Below are positions 7,582 to 17,194 of a DNA stretch of 56,445 nucleotides, piece by piece. This DNA is from a virus (taxonomy: Duplodnaviria > Caudoviricetes): positions 1 through 56,445 of IMG/VR virus record IMGVR_UViG_3300031718_000013; one strand, 5' to 3'. Position numbers and translations under genes: made by a program. The notes beneath the pieces are model-generated. The model ran no database searches, was not told where the DNA came from, and worked only from the letters and a program-made list of their open reading frames with translations. Positions within the stretch are counted from its first letter, which is position 1, and every line of letters begins with the position of its first letter.

Positions 7582-9275
7582 AACTCGACTACAGCCGCGT
7601 TCGCGAATTCATCCGCCGCCTCAAGATTCGCGACAAGGGCAAGCAGCTCGTCCCGTTCCATCCCAATCCCTGCCAAGATCGCTTTCTCGATCTGCTCGAA
7701 AAGATGGCCAAGGAGCATCGGCCACCCCGAGTCATCATCGACAAGTCTCGCCGCGTCGGGATCTCGACGATCTGCATCGCGCTCCTGAACGCGCAGTGCT
7801 GCGGAGCCTCAGCGATGGAAGCTCGCGTGCTCGCCCACCTTGGAGACACCGCGCGCATCCTGCTCGACATGGCCAAGGGAATGCACCAATCGATCGGCCT
7901 TCCCGCCGACTGGCGCCGGCGGCACAACCTGCTGTACGACGTCGACGAAGTGAATAGCTCGAAGCTGACGGTGCAGACTGCGAAGACGACCGGTGGTGGT
8001 CGCGGCGGCGGATTCACTTCACTCTTGGCCAGCGAGGCCGCGTATTACGAGAAAGAAGGATCGTTCTTGGCGCTGCTCCCGACTCTGCCGAGATACGAAA
8101 ACTTTTTCTGTTTCATCGAGAGTACGGCGAACGGTCGCGTCGATGTGGGCGGCGAGTTCTACGATACCTTCCGCGCCGCGATCAATCACGAGAGCGAGTT
8201 CGAAGCGTTCTTCGTGCCCTGGTACGAAGATCCGACGTGTCTCGCCGATCCGATCATCCTGAAGCGCCCAACTGACGATGAGAACGCCAAAGAGGAAAAG
8301 GAGATCCGCAAGAAGTATAAACTCACAGATCAGCAAATGGCTTGGCGGCGGCTGGCCTACATGAACGAGGCCGAGGGGCTGTTGCAGAAGCTCCACCAGG
8401 AGTTTCCGATCTCGTGGGAAGAGAGTTTCATTTCGTCAGATAATCCCACTTTCGGTAAAGACGAGATTGAGCTCTGCGAGAAGAACGTCAAACCTCCCCG
8501 CTGGCGCACGAATTTGATGCGGAGACCGGATGGTCGCGTCGAGATGAGCGGGAGCGGTGGATTCTTCAAACTGTGGGAGCAGCCGCATCCTGGCCACGAG
8601 TACTTTCTCGGTGCTGATGCCGCGCGCGGAGAGTTGCATGGAGACTTTTCAGCCGCGGTAGTGTGGAACGGAACGACTGGCCATCAAGCGGCGGCATTTC
8701 AGGAGCGGGCTGGCGTCGATGAGTTTGCGGATCTGCTCGATAAGCTAGGGCGCTTCTATAACAACGCCATGATGACGCCCGAGACCTCGTGCAATCTCGG
8801 GAACACGGTCATGCAGCGGCTGCTCAAGGAATTCAAGTATCCGCGCTGGTACAGGTGGCAGGGACGTGATGATCGACTGCGGCCGGGAACGTCGAGTCGA
8901 CCGTCGATCGGTTTCGAAACGACCGCGCGCACCCGACACATGCTGACTCACCACTTCCGGATCTCGCTCCGAGAGGGCGAAGTTTTCCCGCACGATGAGG
9001 AATTTGTGTCTCAGGTGAAGTTGGCCGAGACGACCTTCGGGATGCGGTGGGACGTGAGATTTGGCCACGACGATGTTCTGATGGCGGGACTCGTGGGCTG
9101 GCTGGCGCGGATCCAGTTTCCACCGAGAAGAACAATCGCACAGGCGGTGCGAGCGGTAGACAATCCAGAAGACCCGGCGAATCCGGAAACGATCAGGGAC
9201 GTGGGGCCGGTGGCGGAGGCCCATAGACTCAAGGTGATGAGCCGGGCGAGCTGGCGAGAGGGACAAGCAGGATGA
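7578..9275 (+). CDS. terL: Terminase large subunit
   Basis: Walker A KSRRVGIST, Walker B LLASEAAY, coupling motif IESTANG, nuclease acids FLGADAARG and HDDVLMA. Confidence 0.93.
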   Translation: MKLDYSRVREFIRRLKIRDKGKQLVPFHPNPCQDRFLDLLEKMAKEHRPPRVIIDKSRRVGISTICIALLNAQCCGASAMEARVLAHLGDTARILLDMAKGMHQSIGLPADWRRRHNLLYDVDEVNSSKLTVQTAKTTGGGRGGGFTSLLASEAAYYEKEGSFLALLPTLPRYENFFCFIESTANGRVDVGGEFYDTFRAAINHESEFEAFFVPWYEDPTCLADPIILKRPTDDENAKEEKEIRKKYKLTDQQMAWRRLAYMNEAEGLLQKLHQEFPISWEESFISSDNPTFGKDEIELCEKNVKPPRWRTNLMRRPDGRVEMSGSGGFFKLWEQPHPGHEYFLGADAARGELHGDFSAAVVWNGTTGHQAAAFQERAGVDEFADLLDKLGRFYNNAMMTPETSCNLGNTVMQRLLKEFKYPRWYRWQGRDDRLRPGTSSRPSIGFETTARTRHMLTHHFRISLREGEVFPHDEEFVSQVKLAETTFGMRWDVRFGHDDVLMAGLVGWLARIQFPPRRTIAQAVRAVDNPEDPANPETIRDVGPVAEAHRLKVMSRASWREGQAG

Positions 9276-9466
9276 TCCACGTCAGACTTGAGCGGGTGAG
9301 TGTTCGCCAGTTGAACAATCCTGTCGGCTTTAAAATCATCGGCGTTAAAAGCGTTCTCTCCGCTCGGTATCTTGGAGAAAACGGGATCGGCGGCGACTAC
9401 GAGTTGCTGTGCGAAGTTGAAGAGCCGATAGCGACCACGCGACCGATGGGATGGGGCCAAGAATAA
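9272..9466 (+). CDS. Hypothetical protein
   Basis: ATGA and TAATG overlaps. Confidence 0.55.
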   Translation: MIHVRLERVSVRQLNNPVGFKIIGVKSVLSARYLGENGIGGDYELLCEVEEPIATTRPMGWGQE

Positions 9467-10077
9467 TGGCCACCCGGATCGCACCGCCGACCGAAGAAGA
9501 ACTCGCCGAGCACGAGTCACGCATCCTTCGCCGGCAGCAGGAGCAGGAATTTGAAGAGAGCCGCCGAAAGCTGGAAAACCTCCGCCCGAAAGGCGCGGCC
9601 AAGTTGAGTCGAACGCGCGCCTTTCGAGTGACGGAACCACCGCGCAGTCGAGGGCCGATGGATCTCGAACCGGAAGAGCCGGGACCGGCAGCGGAAGAGA
9701 CGCCGGCCGATGTTCTCCGTCGAGCGAACGCAGGTAAACCGCCGGTCTCTACGAACGGAAAGCCAAAAAGGAAAGGCAGGTACGACGTGCCCGAAGTCCG
9801 AAACGCAAGCACCATCCTGAAAGCGATGGGCGTCATCTACGTCGAAGAGCGCAAGAAAGACCCGATCACGGCCTATCAAAATCTCCGCGATTCGATCATG
9901 CTGAACCTCGACGTCTTGATACCGGCGATGCCGCAGATTAAACAGATGTTCGAGCTACTGCAGATCGGGGAGCCGACGAAACAGGATAAGGGCGGTGGCA
10001 GCAAAGAGGATGCGCTCTCCAAACAAGTGAGGGGTTTGCAGAATTTCCTGACGGGCGAGGATGCTGAGGACGAGTGA
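9466..10077 (+). CDS. Hypothetical protein
   Basis: ORF track; start chosen by TAATG overlap. Confidence 0.7.
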   Translation: MATRIAPPTEEELAEHESRILRRQQEQEFEESRRKLENLRPKGAAKLSRTRAFRVTEPPRSRGPMDLEPEEPGPAAEETPADVLRRANAGKPPVSTNGKPKRKGRYDVPEVRNASTILKAMGVIYVEERKKDPITAYQNLRDSIMLNLDVLIPAMPQIKQMFELLQIGEPTKQDKGGGSKEDALSKQVRGLQNFLTGEDAEDE

Positions 10078-10247
10078 GTATCGCGATTGATTGCCCCATC
10101 TGCGGTGAGCACTTTGAACGGTCCTATGGAAATAATGGACTGCGCGGGCATCTGATGCGCGAGCATAGGCGAAATGGTGACGAGGCGGTTGATCTGGTCT
10201 TTTGGCTTTTGGACCTGAAAAATGGCAGCAGCCGTTCAAATAAGTAG
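10074..10247 (+). CDS. Small C2H2 zinc-finger protein (57 aa)
   Basis: GTGA overlap; DCPICGEHF...GLRGHLMREH. Confidence 0.6.
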   Translation: MSIAIDCPICGEHFERSYGNNGLRGHLMREHRRNGDEAVDLVFWLLDLKNGSSRSNK

Positions 10248-11958
10248 CCGTCGCACTCAGACGCCCGAGATGCAGGTCGTCGGCATTCTCGACGAACTCC
10301 AAACCTACGCCACCCAAGGCCGCAACAAATCTCTCGGCGAAGGATTCTTCGAGGAAGCGGATCGCTTCTACCAGTTCAATCTTCCCCTGTCGCGTTCTGC
10401 CAGTTACCGGCCCCTAGTCAGATTGTCAGAAGTCCAGCGCCTGCTGATCCAGGAAGCGAATGAGATCACTTCCCCGGTCCCGAAGTTTTTCATCACAAAG
10501 AATGGTGAGCGCGATAAGGACCGTGAGAAGGCATTTCAGGCGAATTGGGTCGAGCAGGATTACGCCGCCGAGTTTCTTACCGCCGAGATTCACGCTGGCA
10601 TCTCAGGCTGCGGATTCATTCAGCCCTTTCTCGATGAGAACGCAAACAACGGGTTCGGTGCCGCGAGAATCAGATCGCGCCACCCTCGAAGTGTCTATCC
10701 CGACCCCGGCTCCCTCGACGATTCGGAGCTCAATTATGTGATCTTCGAGGATTATAAGACCGTCGAAGAACTGCGAGCCTGGTTCGGGAAACGCGCGACC
10801 AAAAATATCAGCCTCAAACGCGAAGTAGCTGGTGGCGGATCGAGTCGTCTCCCGCGCTTCACGAATGAAACGTATCCGGCGCACGGTCTGCAACTGCCGT
10901 ATGGACCGATGCGTAGCATGGGACCGCTGGCCGGCGGTGCCTTTGGGTTGATGGGACCGGGGGCAGGGCGCATACGGCTTAGAACCATGTTCATACGTGA
11001 TTCTACCGCTGCACCATTCAATGACGAATTAGCGCTCAGGCTGATCGAGCGGCACCAGTTACCCGAGCCTGACGTGCTGGAGCAATTTCCGACCGGAAGG
11101 ATGATCTGCGAAGCTCAAGGCGATCTTCTATTCGACGACGCGAACCCCTATCCCGCGTTTCCGCTATTTCGACTGTGCGCTTTCCCTGCGATCGCTGGCT
11201 ATTGGGCACCACCGCCGAAGCAGTATTTCATCGACATGCAGAATCTCGCCGAGAAGATGTTTTCGGCCAACTTCGAGAACTCGTATCGAATGAACAACGT
11301 GGTCGCCGTGGTCAACACAAATAGCGGCCTTAGTGCCGAGAACTTTCAGATCCTGCCAGGTGAGACCTATTTTGTTGATCCGCAGGGCGGCGATAAGCCA
11401 ATCCAGTTCTTAACCCCGCCAGCATTGTCCGCCGATGCGATCGCGCTTCCGCAATGGATGCTCGCCTACGTCCGCGAGGGCATGGGTTTCCCACCGATCC
11501 GACAGGGCAAGGCTGGCGCTGGCAATATCTCAGCCGGACTCGCCGATCAGCAGACGCAGCAGGGATCGGGACTCACGGCGACGAAGGCCAAGATGTACTC
11601 GCGCACAGTGAAGGCCGTCGGCGAATTCCAGTTCCAGCTGATGATGCAGCACGTCGGGACTCAGAAGTTTCCGTTCGCTCTCGGAGGCGAAGGACCGGAT
11701 GCGCTGTGGACCGAGCCGGAAGAATTACAGCTTGAGCAATGGAAGTGTTCTCTCGATCAGCGCAGCCTCAAGGTCGAGTCGCCGTCGAGTCTCAGGAATC
11801 TTGCGCTTGCTCTCAAACGGTTGAACGCGATTGACAACCAGACTTTGTTTGACTGGTTGGAGGCACCCGATGCCGAGGCGATGGCGCAGCGTCTCAACCA
11901 GCAACTCATGCTCGCTGCGATGGCAGCGCAAAATAAACCGGGCGGAAAGAAGAAGTGA
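10222..11958 (+). CDS. Portal protein (P22/podovirus-like)
   Basis: 578 aa, position after terL, VYPDP motif, helical Gln-rich C-terminus. Confidence 0.8.
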   Translation: MAAAVQISSRRTQTPEMQVVGILDELQTYATQGRNKSLGEGFFEEADRFYQFNLPLSRSASYRPLVRLSEVQRLLIQEANEITSPVPKFFITKNGERDKDREKAFQANWVEQDYAAEFLTAEIHAGISGCGFIQPFLDENANNGFGAARIRSRHPRSVYPDPGSLDDSELNYVIFEDYKTVEELRAWFGKRATKNISLKREVAGGGSSRLPRFTNETYPAHGLQLPYGPMRSMGPLAGGAFGLMGPGAGRIRLRTMFIRDSTAAPFNDELALRLIERHQLPEPDVLEQFPTGRMICEAQGDLLFDDANPYPAFPLFRLCAFPAIAGYWAPPPKQYFIDMQNLAEKMFSANFENSYRMNNVVAVVNTNSGLSAENFQILPGETYFVDPQGGDKPIQFLTPPALSADAIALPQWMLAYVREGMGFPPIRQGKAGAGNISAGLADQQTQQGSGLTATKAKMYSRTVKAVGEFQFQLMMQHVGTQKFPFALGGEGPDALWTEPEELQLEQWKCSLDQRSLKVESPSSLRNLALALKRLNAIDNQTLFDWLEAPDAEAMAQRLNQQLMLAAMAAQNKPGGKKK

Positions 11959-12209
11959 CGATCCCTACCCCGCCGTGGGTGAAGCGACCGCGCGAAAAAC
12001 ATCTCTGGGTGCCCGCTAAGATTGCCGCGCGCGAGTGGTTCCGCCGATCTCGCGAACACGTTGTCCGCCTATGCAAAGCTGGCGATTACGACGGCGTGTA
12101 CGAAGTCTATTTTGACGGCGAAAGGTGGTGGATTAAGCTGCCTGAAAAGCTCCCAGCATCAGCCTTCAAAAAAGCCGAGCGTCCTTTGATACTTGTGATG
12201 GCTCGCTGA
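11955..12209 (+). CDS. Excisionase-like HTH protein
   Basis: AAREWFRRSREHVVRLCKAG...G.RWWI pattern. Confidence 0.5.
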   Translation: MTIPTPPWVKRPREKHLWVPAKIAAREWFRRSREHVVRLCKAGDYDGVYEVYFDGERWWIKLPEKLPASAFKKAERPLILVMAR

Positions 12210-12258
12210 CCGCCCCTTCTATCTATTTCAGAAAATAAAACGTAACGCTCATCTCATC

Positions 12259-12594
12259 GTGGAGATCGAGCGAATATCCATCCGCAGGCAAGGTGACTGG
12301 TACGAGTGTCGCTTAGCTGTCGGTGGAATTCCATGCTCCTACTCACCCTGCATTTTTGAATTCTGGGATCTCGAAGAAGAATTCGGCGGCGGTAGTGACC
12401 GCTTCTATCAGGCGCTCGCCGTCAAGTGTCTCGTCTCTCACGTCCAGGAAGCAAACTACTGGATTGAGAACGGGCATCCTTCGATGAAACCCGAACGAGA
12501 CCGGGCTGTGAAATTGATTGGTCAACTCCGAGCCGACCTGCTGAGAGAAATCCATGATGCAGAATCGGCCGGTATGAGCGCGGTGGCAGCTTAG
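12259..12594 (+). CDS. Hypothetical protein
   Basis: ORF track. Confidence 0.6.
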   Translation: MEIERISIRRQGDWYECRLAVGGIPCSYSPCIFEFWDLEEEFGGGSDRFYQALAVKCLVSHVQEANYWIENGHPSMKPERDRAVKLIGQLRADLLREIHDAESAGMSAVAA

Positions 12595-12710
12595 GCTCTC
12601 GCGCAATGAACGATAAGGAGCCAACTCAAATGGAACGCTATCGAAAGCGCGGCCATAAAAAGTCGCACAAGCGGAAGTAGTTTCCGGTCCCGTAGTGTTT
12701 TCAGGCCAAG

Positions 12711-12743
12711 GCATCGGGGCGGGTTCTCGGTCCCGCTCCGGTG
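12711..12743 (+). promoter_or_regulatory. Strong hairpin in the leader of the head-gene operon
   Basis: CATCGGGGCGGG pairs with CCCGCTCCGGTG including G-U pairs. Confidence 0.4.
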
Positions 12744-12772
12744 TCAACTCTCTTAGAGAGGGCAATGACCGA

Positions 12773-12880
12773 ATGAACAAGTCGAAAATCAAAAAAGTGG
12801 GGCCGCGAGCCAAGAAGCGGACCAATCGCCATAAGATGCACAAAATGGTGGGCAAAAAGTCCACCGGAAAGATGGACTGA
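12773..12880 (+). CDS. Small Lys-rich peptide (35 aa)
   Basis: GAGAGGG upstream; MNKSKIKKVGPRAKKRTNRHKMHKMVGKK. Confidence 0.55.
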   Translation: MNKSKIKKVGPRAKKRTNRHKMHKMVGKKSTGKMD

Positions 12881-12910
12881 GGACCGAATCTCTACTGAGG
12901 ACTAATCTCT

Positions 12911-13123
12911 ATGGCCGAAAAGAAAAGCAAGCGCACAGACGGAGCCTCGTCGCTGGGCACTCCCGGCTTCAAGTCTCCGATGGACGTTCCCTCGACTTCG
13001 AAAAATGAGACTTGGGACAAGCCTTTCGCAGTTCCCGGTTTCGACAGCGCGCGCGATCCTCTCGGCGTTCTGCCGGGTAGTGGCGCCAGCGCTCCGAAGA
13101 CGAATCCTCGGCGCGGGAAATAG
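12911..13123 (+). CDS. Hypothetical head-region protein
   Basis: GAGGA RBS; ORF track. Confidence 0.65.
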   Translation: MAEKKSKRTDGASSLGTPGFKSPMDVPSTSKNETWDKPFAVPGFDSARDPLGVLPGSGASAPKTNPRRGK

Positions 13124-13126
13124 TCG

Positions 13127-13519
13127 ATGGCCGCAGGTTTGCCAGGGATGATGATGCCGCCAGGTGGTGGCGGCGCTCCCGGTGCTCCGGGTGGCGCTCC
13201 GAATCCGATCAGCGGCTTGATGGCGCTCATCGGCAAGGGTCTCGGCTCGAACAAGATGGCCGGCGGTAATCTCGACGTGAAATCGGTCGAGGACGCGATG
13301 GCTACCGTTCAGAAAATCGCATCTACGACGATGAAGTCAAATCCGAAAGCCTACCAATCGTTTCTACGCGCATTGCAAGCCCTGCACGCCGGACTAACTG
13401 AACTCAAAAATCAACCATCGGCTGGTGGTGAGTCTGGACCGCCGCTCACGTCGTCCCTGCTCTCGATGATGGCGCCCAGCAATTCGATGGCGAATCCGCT
13501 CGGCGGAGGTAATGAGTAA
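13127..13519 (+). CDS. Gly/Pro/Met-rich head-region protein
   Basis: ORF track. Confidence 0.7.
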   Translation: MAAGLPGMMMPPGGGGAPGAPGGAPNPISGLMALIGKGLGSNKMAGGNLDVKSVEDAMATVQKIASTTMKSNPKAYQSFLRALQALHAGLTELKNQPSAGGESGPPLTSSLLSMMAPSNSMANPLGGGNE

Positions 13520-14361
13520 TGGCCTACAAGGATCTGCTCGCAGCGCTCCCCGAAGACTTCAAGATCACCGTCGGCGACAAGGAAATCGACCGCGCCGCCC
13601 TGATGGCAGAGATCGACAACGAATTTGGCACGGTCAATACCCGCGTCACCGAGCTCACCGCGCGCGAGAAGCAGCTCGCCGAAGAGCGGGATGCCGCGAT
13701 CGCAGCGGCCACTCTGACGCGGCGAGAAGACAAGAAAGAAGCTCCCGTCGACACTCGCCAAGCGCTGCTCGAGGCAATGAAGGGCCTCGTCAACGAAGGC
13801 AACGAGTACGACTTTTCGGACCCCTACTCGAAGCAGCTCCTAGCCCGGGTTACCAAGGTCATCGAAGATTCCACCGGCAAGGCAACCAGCGGCCTGCAGT
13901 CCATGATCGAGCAGTTGAATCAGGGCATCATGGGCACCGCGGCGATCGCCCTCCAGCAGCAAATGAACTCTGAATTCCGCCAGTACAAGTGGCCGGAAGG
14001 CTACGATCCGAAACGCGCATGGGCCGAAGCTCTCAAAGCCGGCTATTTCGATCCGCAGACCAAGATTCCCGACATCGGCCGGTACAACGAATTCGTGATG
14101 ACGCCGGTTCGCATGAAGGAAGCGGCTGACAAGCGGTACGAGGAAGGTCTCGCGGCCGGAAGAGCATCGGCACTGGAAGAGCAGCGCGCGCTCAGGACGA
14201 ATCGAGGCAGACTCGGACTCGTGCCGCGACCTGGTGGCGGACCTCTCGGGGGCGGAAAGAAAGGTTCCGCTAAGGAGCCTCAAACGCTGGCGGAGGCGAT
14301 CGACTCGATTGAGATCACCGATGCCGACATCGCAGCGAACAGCGGGCTAAGAGCCGGGTAA
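13519..14361 (+). CDS. Probable capsid scaffolding protein
   Basis: Acidic coiled-coil protein upstream of the capsid gene. Confidence 0.65.
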   Translation: MAYKDLLAALPEDFKITVGDKEIDRAALMAEIDNEFGTVNTRVTELTAREKQLAEERDAAIAAATLTRREDKKEAPVDTRQALLEAMKGLVNEGNEYDFSDPYSKQLLARVTKVIEDSTGKATSGLQSMIEQLNQGIMGTAAIALQQQMNSEFRQYKWPEGYDPKRAWAEALKAGYFDPQTKIPDIGRYNEFVMTPVRMKEAADKRYEEGLAAGRASALEEQRALRTNRGRLGLVPRPGGGPLGGGKKGSAKEPQTLAEAIDSIEITDADIAANSGLRAG

Positions 14362-14364
14362 TTC

Positions 14365-14982
14365 ATGTTGCGCTTAGTCCACAGCCGCGATACTCGATCA
14401 CCCATGCATGTAAAACAATTCTGCAAGTATGGGCACGAGTTCGCAGTTGTCGGCTACACGAAGATCGGTAGCTGCGCGGCGTGCAAAACCGAGTACAACC
14501 AGAAATACCGCGCGGAGCATCTTGAGCAGCTTCGCGAATATGACCGGACGCGCGGGTGGGAGAGACCGAAGGCGAAGCGCACCGCTTGCCGCAAGGGCCA
14601 CGAGTACGCCGTCTTTGGACAGAACCGTTTCGGCAAGTGTCGCGAATGCGATCGGCTGAAACAGAACCGCGAATGGCACCGCGTCGGCTACCTGCGAACC
14701 ATCAAAAAGAATTTTGGTGTCACTCCTGAGCAGTATCAGGCGATGTTCGACGCGCAGGAAGGTCGCTGCGCGATCTGTCGACAACCTCAATCGGAGAATC
14801 TTGACGCGAAGGGCAAACCCAAGCGTCTAGCGGTCGATCATGATCACGCGACCACCGAAGTACGAGCGCTGCTTTGTTACTATTGCAATCTCGCGATCGG
14901 CGCGATGGACGAAAGCGTCGTCCGCCTGTTCGCGGCAATATCCTACTTAAAGAAGTTCCAGAAGATAGAAGAAGTAGGATAA
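14365..14982 (+). CDS. Free-standing endonuclease VII-like (His-Me) homing endonuclease
   Basis: QEGRCAIC...LAVDHDH...VRALLCYYCNLAIG; two N-terminal C..GHE...C..C repeats. Confidence 0.85.
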   Translation: MLRLVHSRDTRSPMHVKQFCKYGHEFAVVGYTKIGSCAACKTEYNQKYRAEHLEQLREYDRTRGWERPKAKRTACRKGHEYAVFGQNRFGKCRECDRLKQNREWHRVGYLRTIKKNFGVTPEQYQAMFDAQEGRCAICRQPQSENLDAKGKPKRLAVDHDHATTEVRALLCYYCNLAIGAMDESVVRLFAAISYLKKFQKIEEVG

Positions 14983-14997
14983 CAAGGAGTAGGGAAA

Positions 14998-15996
14998 ATG
15001 GCCGTAACCGGCACTGGCGTTTCACAACCTCCAGCTCAGCTTGTAGCTACAGCACAGGCCGTGTTGGCCAAAATCCCTGAAGATATTTTAGGCGATCAGG
15101 TTTTAACCCCGTCTCCGCTCTTATGGGCCTTCACGCGCAAGGGCAAAATAGGCGGCGGCTCAGCATCGATCGTCTACGGCGCGCTCTCCGCAAAGAACCT
15201 GAACAACGGCGCCTACTTCGGCGACATGCTGCTGAACAACCAGGTCGTCGATGTGGTGCAGGCGGTCGAGCAGCAGTGGCGGTTCAACTATCAGGCCGTG
15301 ACGATTCCGATTACGGACCTGGTGCTGCAGAGCGGATCGGGGATGGACGGGATCCGGGACATCGTGAAGCAGCAGCTCACGATTGCAGCGGGGTCTTTCA
15401 CCGATTATCTGTCTCGGGCGGAGTGGCATCTGTCGCCGGCGAATAGCGCGCTCGACGTGGATGATCTGGATAGCTGGGTCGGGAGCACGACGAACACGAT
15501 CGGCGGGATCAGCCGGACGGCGAATACCTGGTGGCAACCGCAGGCTCCAAGGGCGGTCCAGAACGCCGGCACGCTGGCGATCTTCGATGCCGAGGCCGCG
15601 TATCAACTGCTCGGATTCGGGAACGACTTCCCGGACATTATGACGATGCGGCCGCTGGTGTACGCGCAGTTCAAAACGAACTTCGTGAACCAGATCCGGT
15701 ACATCGACAACGACAAGGTTCTGGACGGGTCGATTCCGGAGCACTTTCTCTTCAATCGGATGGTGGTGCTGTCGGACCGGTTCACTCCGGATACGGCGGC
15801 TTACCTTTTCAACAGCCGATATATCTATCCGAAGTTTCACGTCGCCGACTACTTCACGCTGGATCCTTGGTTGAAGCCGAGTCGCCAGCGAACGGTGACG
15901 ACGATGATGTACCTGACCTGGCAGATCATTTGTCCGGTGCCGTCTTTGGCCGGGCTGAAACTGACGGGCGTAGCGACTTCGCCGGGGCCGCGGTAA
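14998..15996 (+). CDS. Major capsid protein
   Basis: 332 aa; TIGGISRTANTWWQ and AYLFNSRYI patterns; strong RBS AAGGAG; position after scaffold. Confidence 0.85.
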   Translation: MAVTGTGVSQPPAQLVATAQAVLAKIPEDILGDQVLTPSPLLWAFTRKGKIGGGSASIVYGALSAKNLNNGAYFGDMLLNNQVVDVVQAVEQQWRFNYQAVTIPITDLVLQSGSGMDGIRDIVKQQLTIAAGSFTDYLSRAEWHLSPANSALDVDDLDSWVGSTTNTIGGISRTANTWWQPQAPRAVQNAGTLAIFDAEAAYQLLGFGNDFPDIMTMRPLVYAQFKTNFVNQIRYIDNDKVLDGSIPEHFLFNRMVVLSDRFTPDTAAYLFNSRYIYPKFHVADYFTLDPWLKPSRQRTVTTMMYLTWQIICPVPSLAGLKLTGVATSPGPR

Positions 15997-16008
15997 GGGA
16001 GAAAGATC

Positions 16009-16467
16009 ATGGCTGACGATCCAAATCAGGTCGCGGGTGAAGAAGCGCAGTGGCCGAAGCGAAAGCGCAAGTGGCAAGGCGGCGGTTCTGAGGCTGCGGG
16101 TTCAATGCCGCCATTTGGCGCAGACTTCCGTGCGCTGATGGACGCTGACGCGGCGTTGAAGGAGAAGCAGGCTGCGGCTGCGGTCGCCAAAGAGGAACGA
16201 GAACTGGTCGCGCGCGCCGAAGCAGCGTCCAAGGTTCCCGGCGGAGAGTTTGCTGAGCTTCACAGAGAAGCGGCAATGGTCGCGCTCGATGAGTTGAACG
16301 GCTCCAGTCCGGCAGAGAAAGTCGCCGCGGTGCTTCGGCAGTGCGAATCCGCAGGGGTTCCCGAGGGCGAGGTCTCGGCTAAGCTGGCGGCGCGCGGAAT
16401 TGACCAGGCCCGGCTCTCGATGATGACCTCTCAGTTGCAGGCCGCCGCGGCAAAGATTCAGGTCTAG
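16009..16467 (+). CDS. Hypothetical protein
   Basis: ORF track; RBS. Confidence 0.7.
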   Translation: MADDPNQVAGEEAQWPKRKRKWQGGGSEAAGSMPPFGADFRALMDADAALKEKQAAAAVAKEERELVARAEAASKVPGGEFAELHREAAMVALDELNGSSPAEKVAAVLRQCESAGVPEGEVSAKLAARGIDQARLSMMTSQLQAAAAKIQV

Positions 16468-16479
16468 GAGGAAACGGCA

Positions 16480-16959
16480 ATGCCGATTCTTGCGGGAAGC
16501 GATACGATCAAAGCCGACTATGCCGGAATGGGCGAGCCGTCACTGAATACGTCGGCAGTCTCAGGCGCGCTCGCGTACAATGCGGCCTCACCACAGACTG
16601 TCACAGCAACGATTGCGAAACCGGACGGCGTGACTCAGCCGCAGTGCAAGCGCGGGAAATATCGCCTTCGAATCACTGGCGTCACGGCGGGAACTACCTT
16701 GGGAATCATCAAGGTCACAGTCGATGACGGCGCCGGGAAGACCTGCACGATCGATCTCATCGCCGCTGGAATCGTCGGGAACTGTTTCGACACTCAGCGC
16801 GAGATTCCGCCGATCGACAACGCAGTGAACGGCGGCGGCGCGAACGACGGGATGCCGCTGAATATCGTGAACATCAACGCGATCGTGGCGTTCACGACCA
16901 CCGACGGAGCGGGGAACTCGATCGGCGACGTGGCGCTGGAGTTTTTCGGCGGACCGTAG
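16480..16959 (+). CDS. Beta-rich structural protein (possible capsid decoration)
   Basis: AGGAGG RBS; Gly/Thr/Val-rich; last gene before a terminator. Confidence 0.55.
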   Translation: MPILAGSDTIKADYAGMGEPSLNTSAVSGALAYNAASPQTVTATIAKPDGVTQPQCKRGKYRLRITGVTAGTTLGIIKVTVDDGAGKTCTIDLIAAGIVGNCFDTQREIPPIDNAVNGGGANDGMPLNIVNINAIVAFTTTDGAGNSIGDVALEFFGGP

Positions 16960-16985
16960 CATCGAGGAAAGCAAACGCTTATCGA

Positions 16986-17024
16986 AGGGCGCAGGTGCGG
17001 ACGGTGCCTGCGCTCTTTGTGTTT
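16986..17024 (+). terminator. Intrinsic terminator after the head module
   Basis: AGGGCGCAGGT/GCCTGCGCTCT stem followed by TTGTGTTT. Confidence 0.6.
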
Positions 17025-17032
17025 GAGGGAAG

Positions 17033-17194
17033 ATGCGGGACTCAGACGATACCGGGGTAGATACGACGGGCGTGCCGCTCAAGCCGTTGGGAACTTTGCC
17101 CGATTCTGGCGATGACGGTAACAAGTCCGCGAAGAGGAAATCCGGTCGTCGGAGTCACAAGCGGTCGATGAAGAAGGGCGCGCGGAAGAAGTAG
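17033..17194 (+). CDS. Small protein with acidic N-half and basic tail (KRSMKKGARKK)
   Basis: Manual translation, 53 aa; GAGGGA RBS; abuts the next ATG. Confidence 0.6.
   Translation: MRDSDDTGVDTTGVPLKPLGTLPDSGDDGNKSAKRKSGRRSHKRSMKKGARKK

Noticed and set aside
15160-16077. Long antisense ORFs (for example 15160-16077, 28760-29695, and Val-Ala ORFs opposite the TA tracts)
   Set aside because: Shadow frames expected opposite GC3-rich genes; no motifs or RBS.
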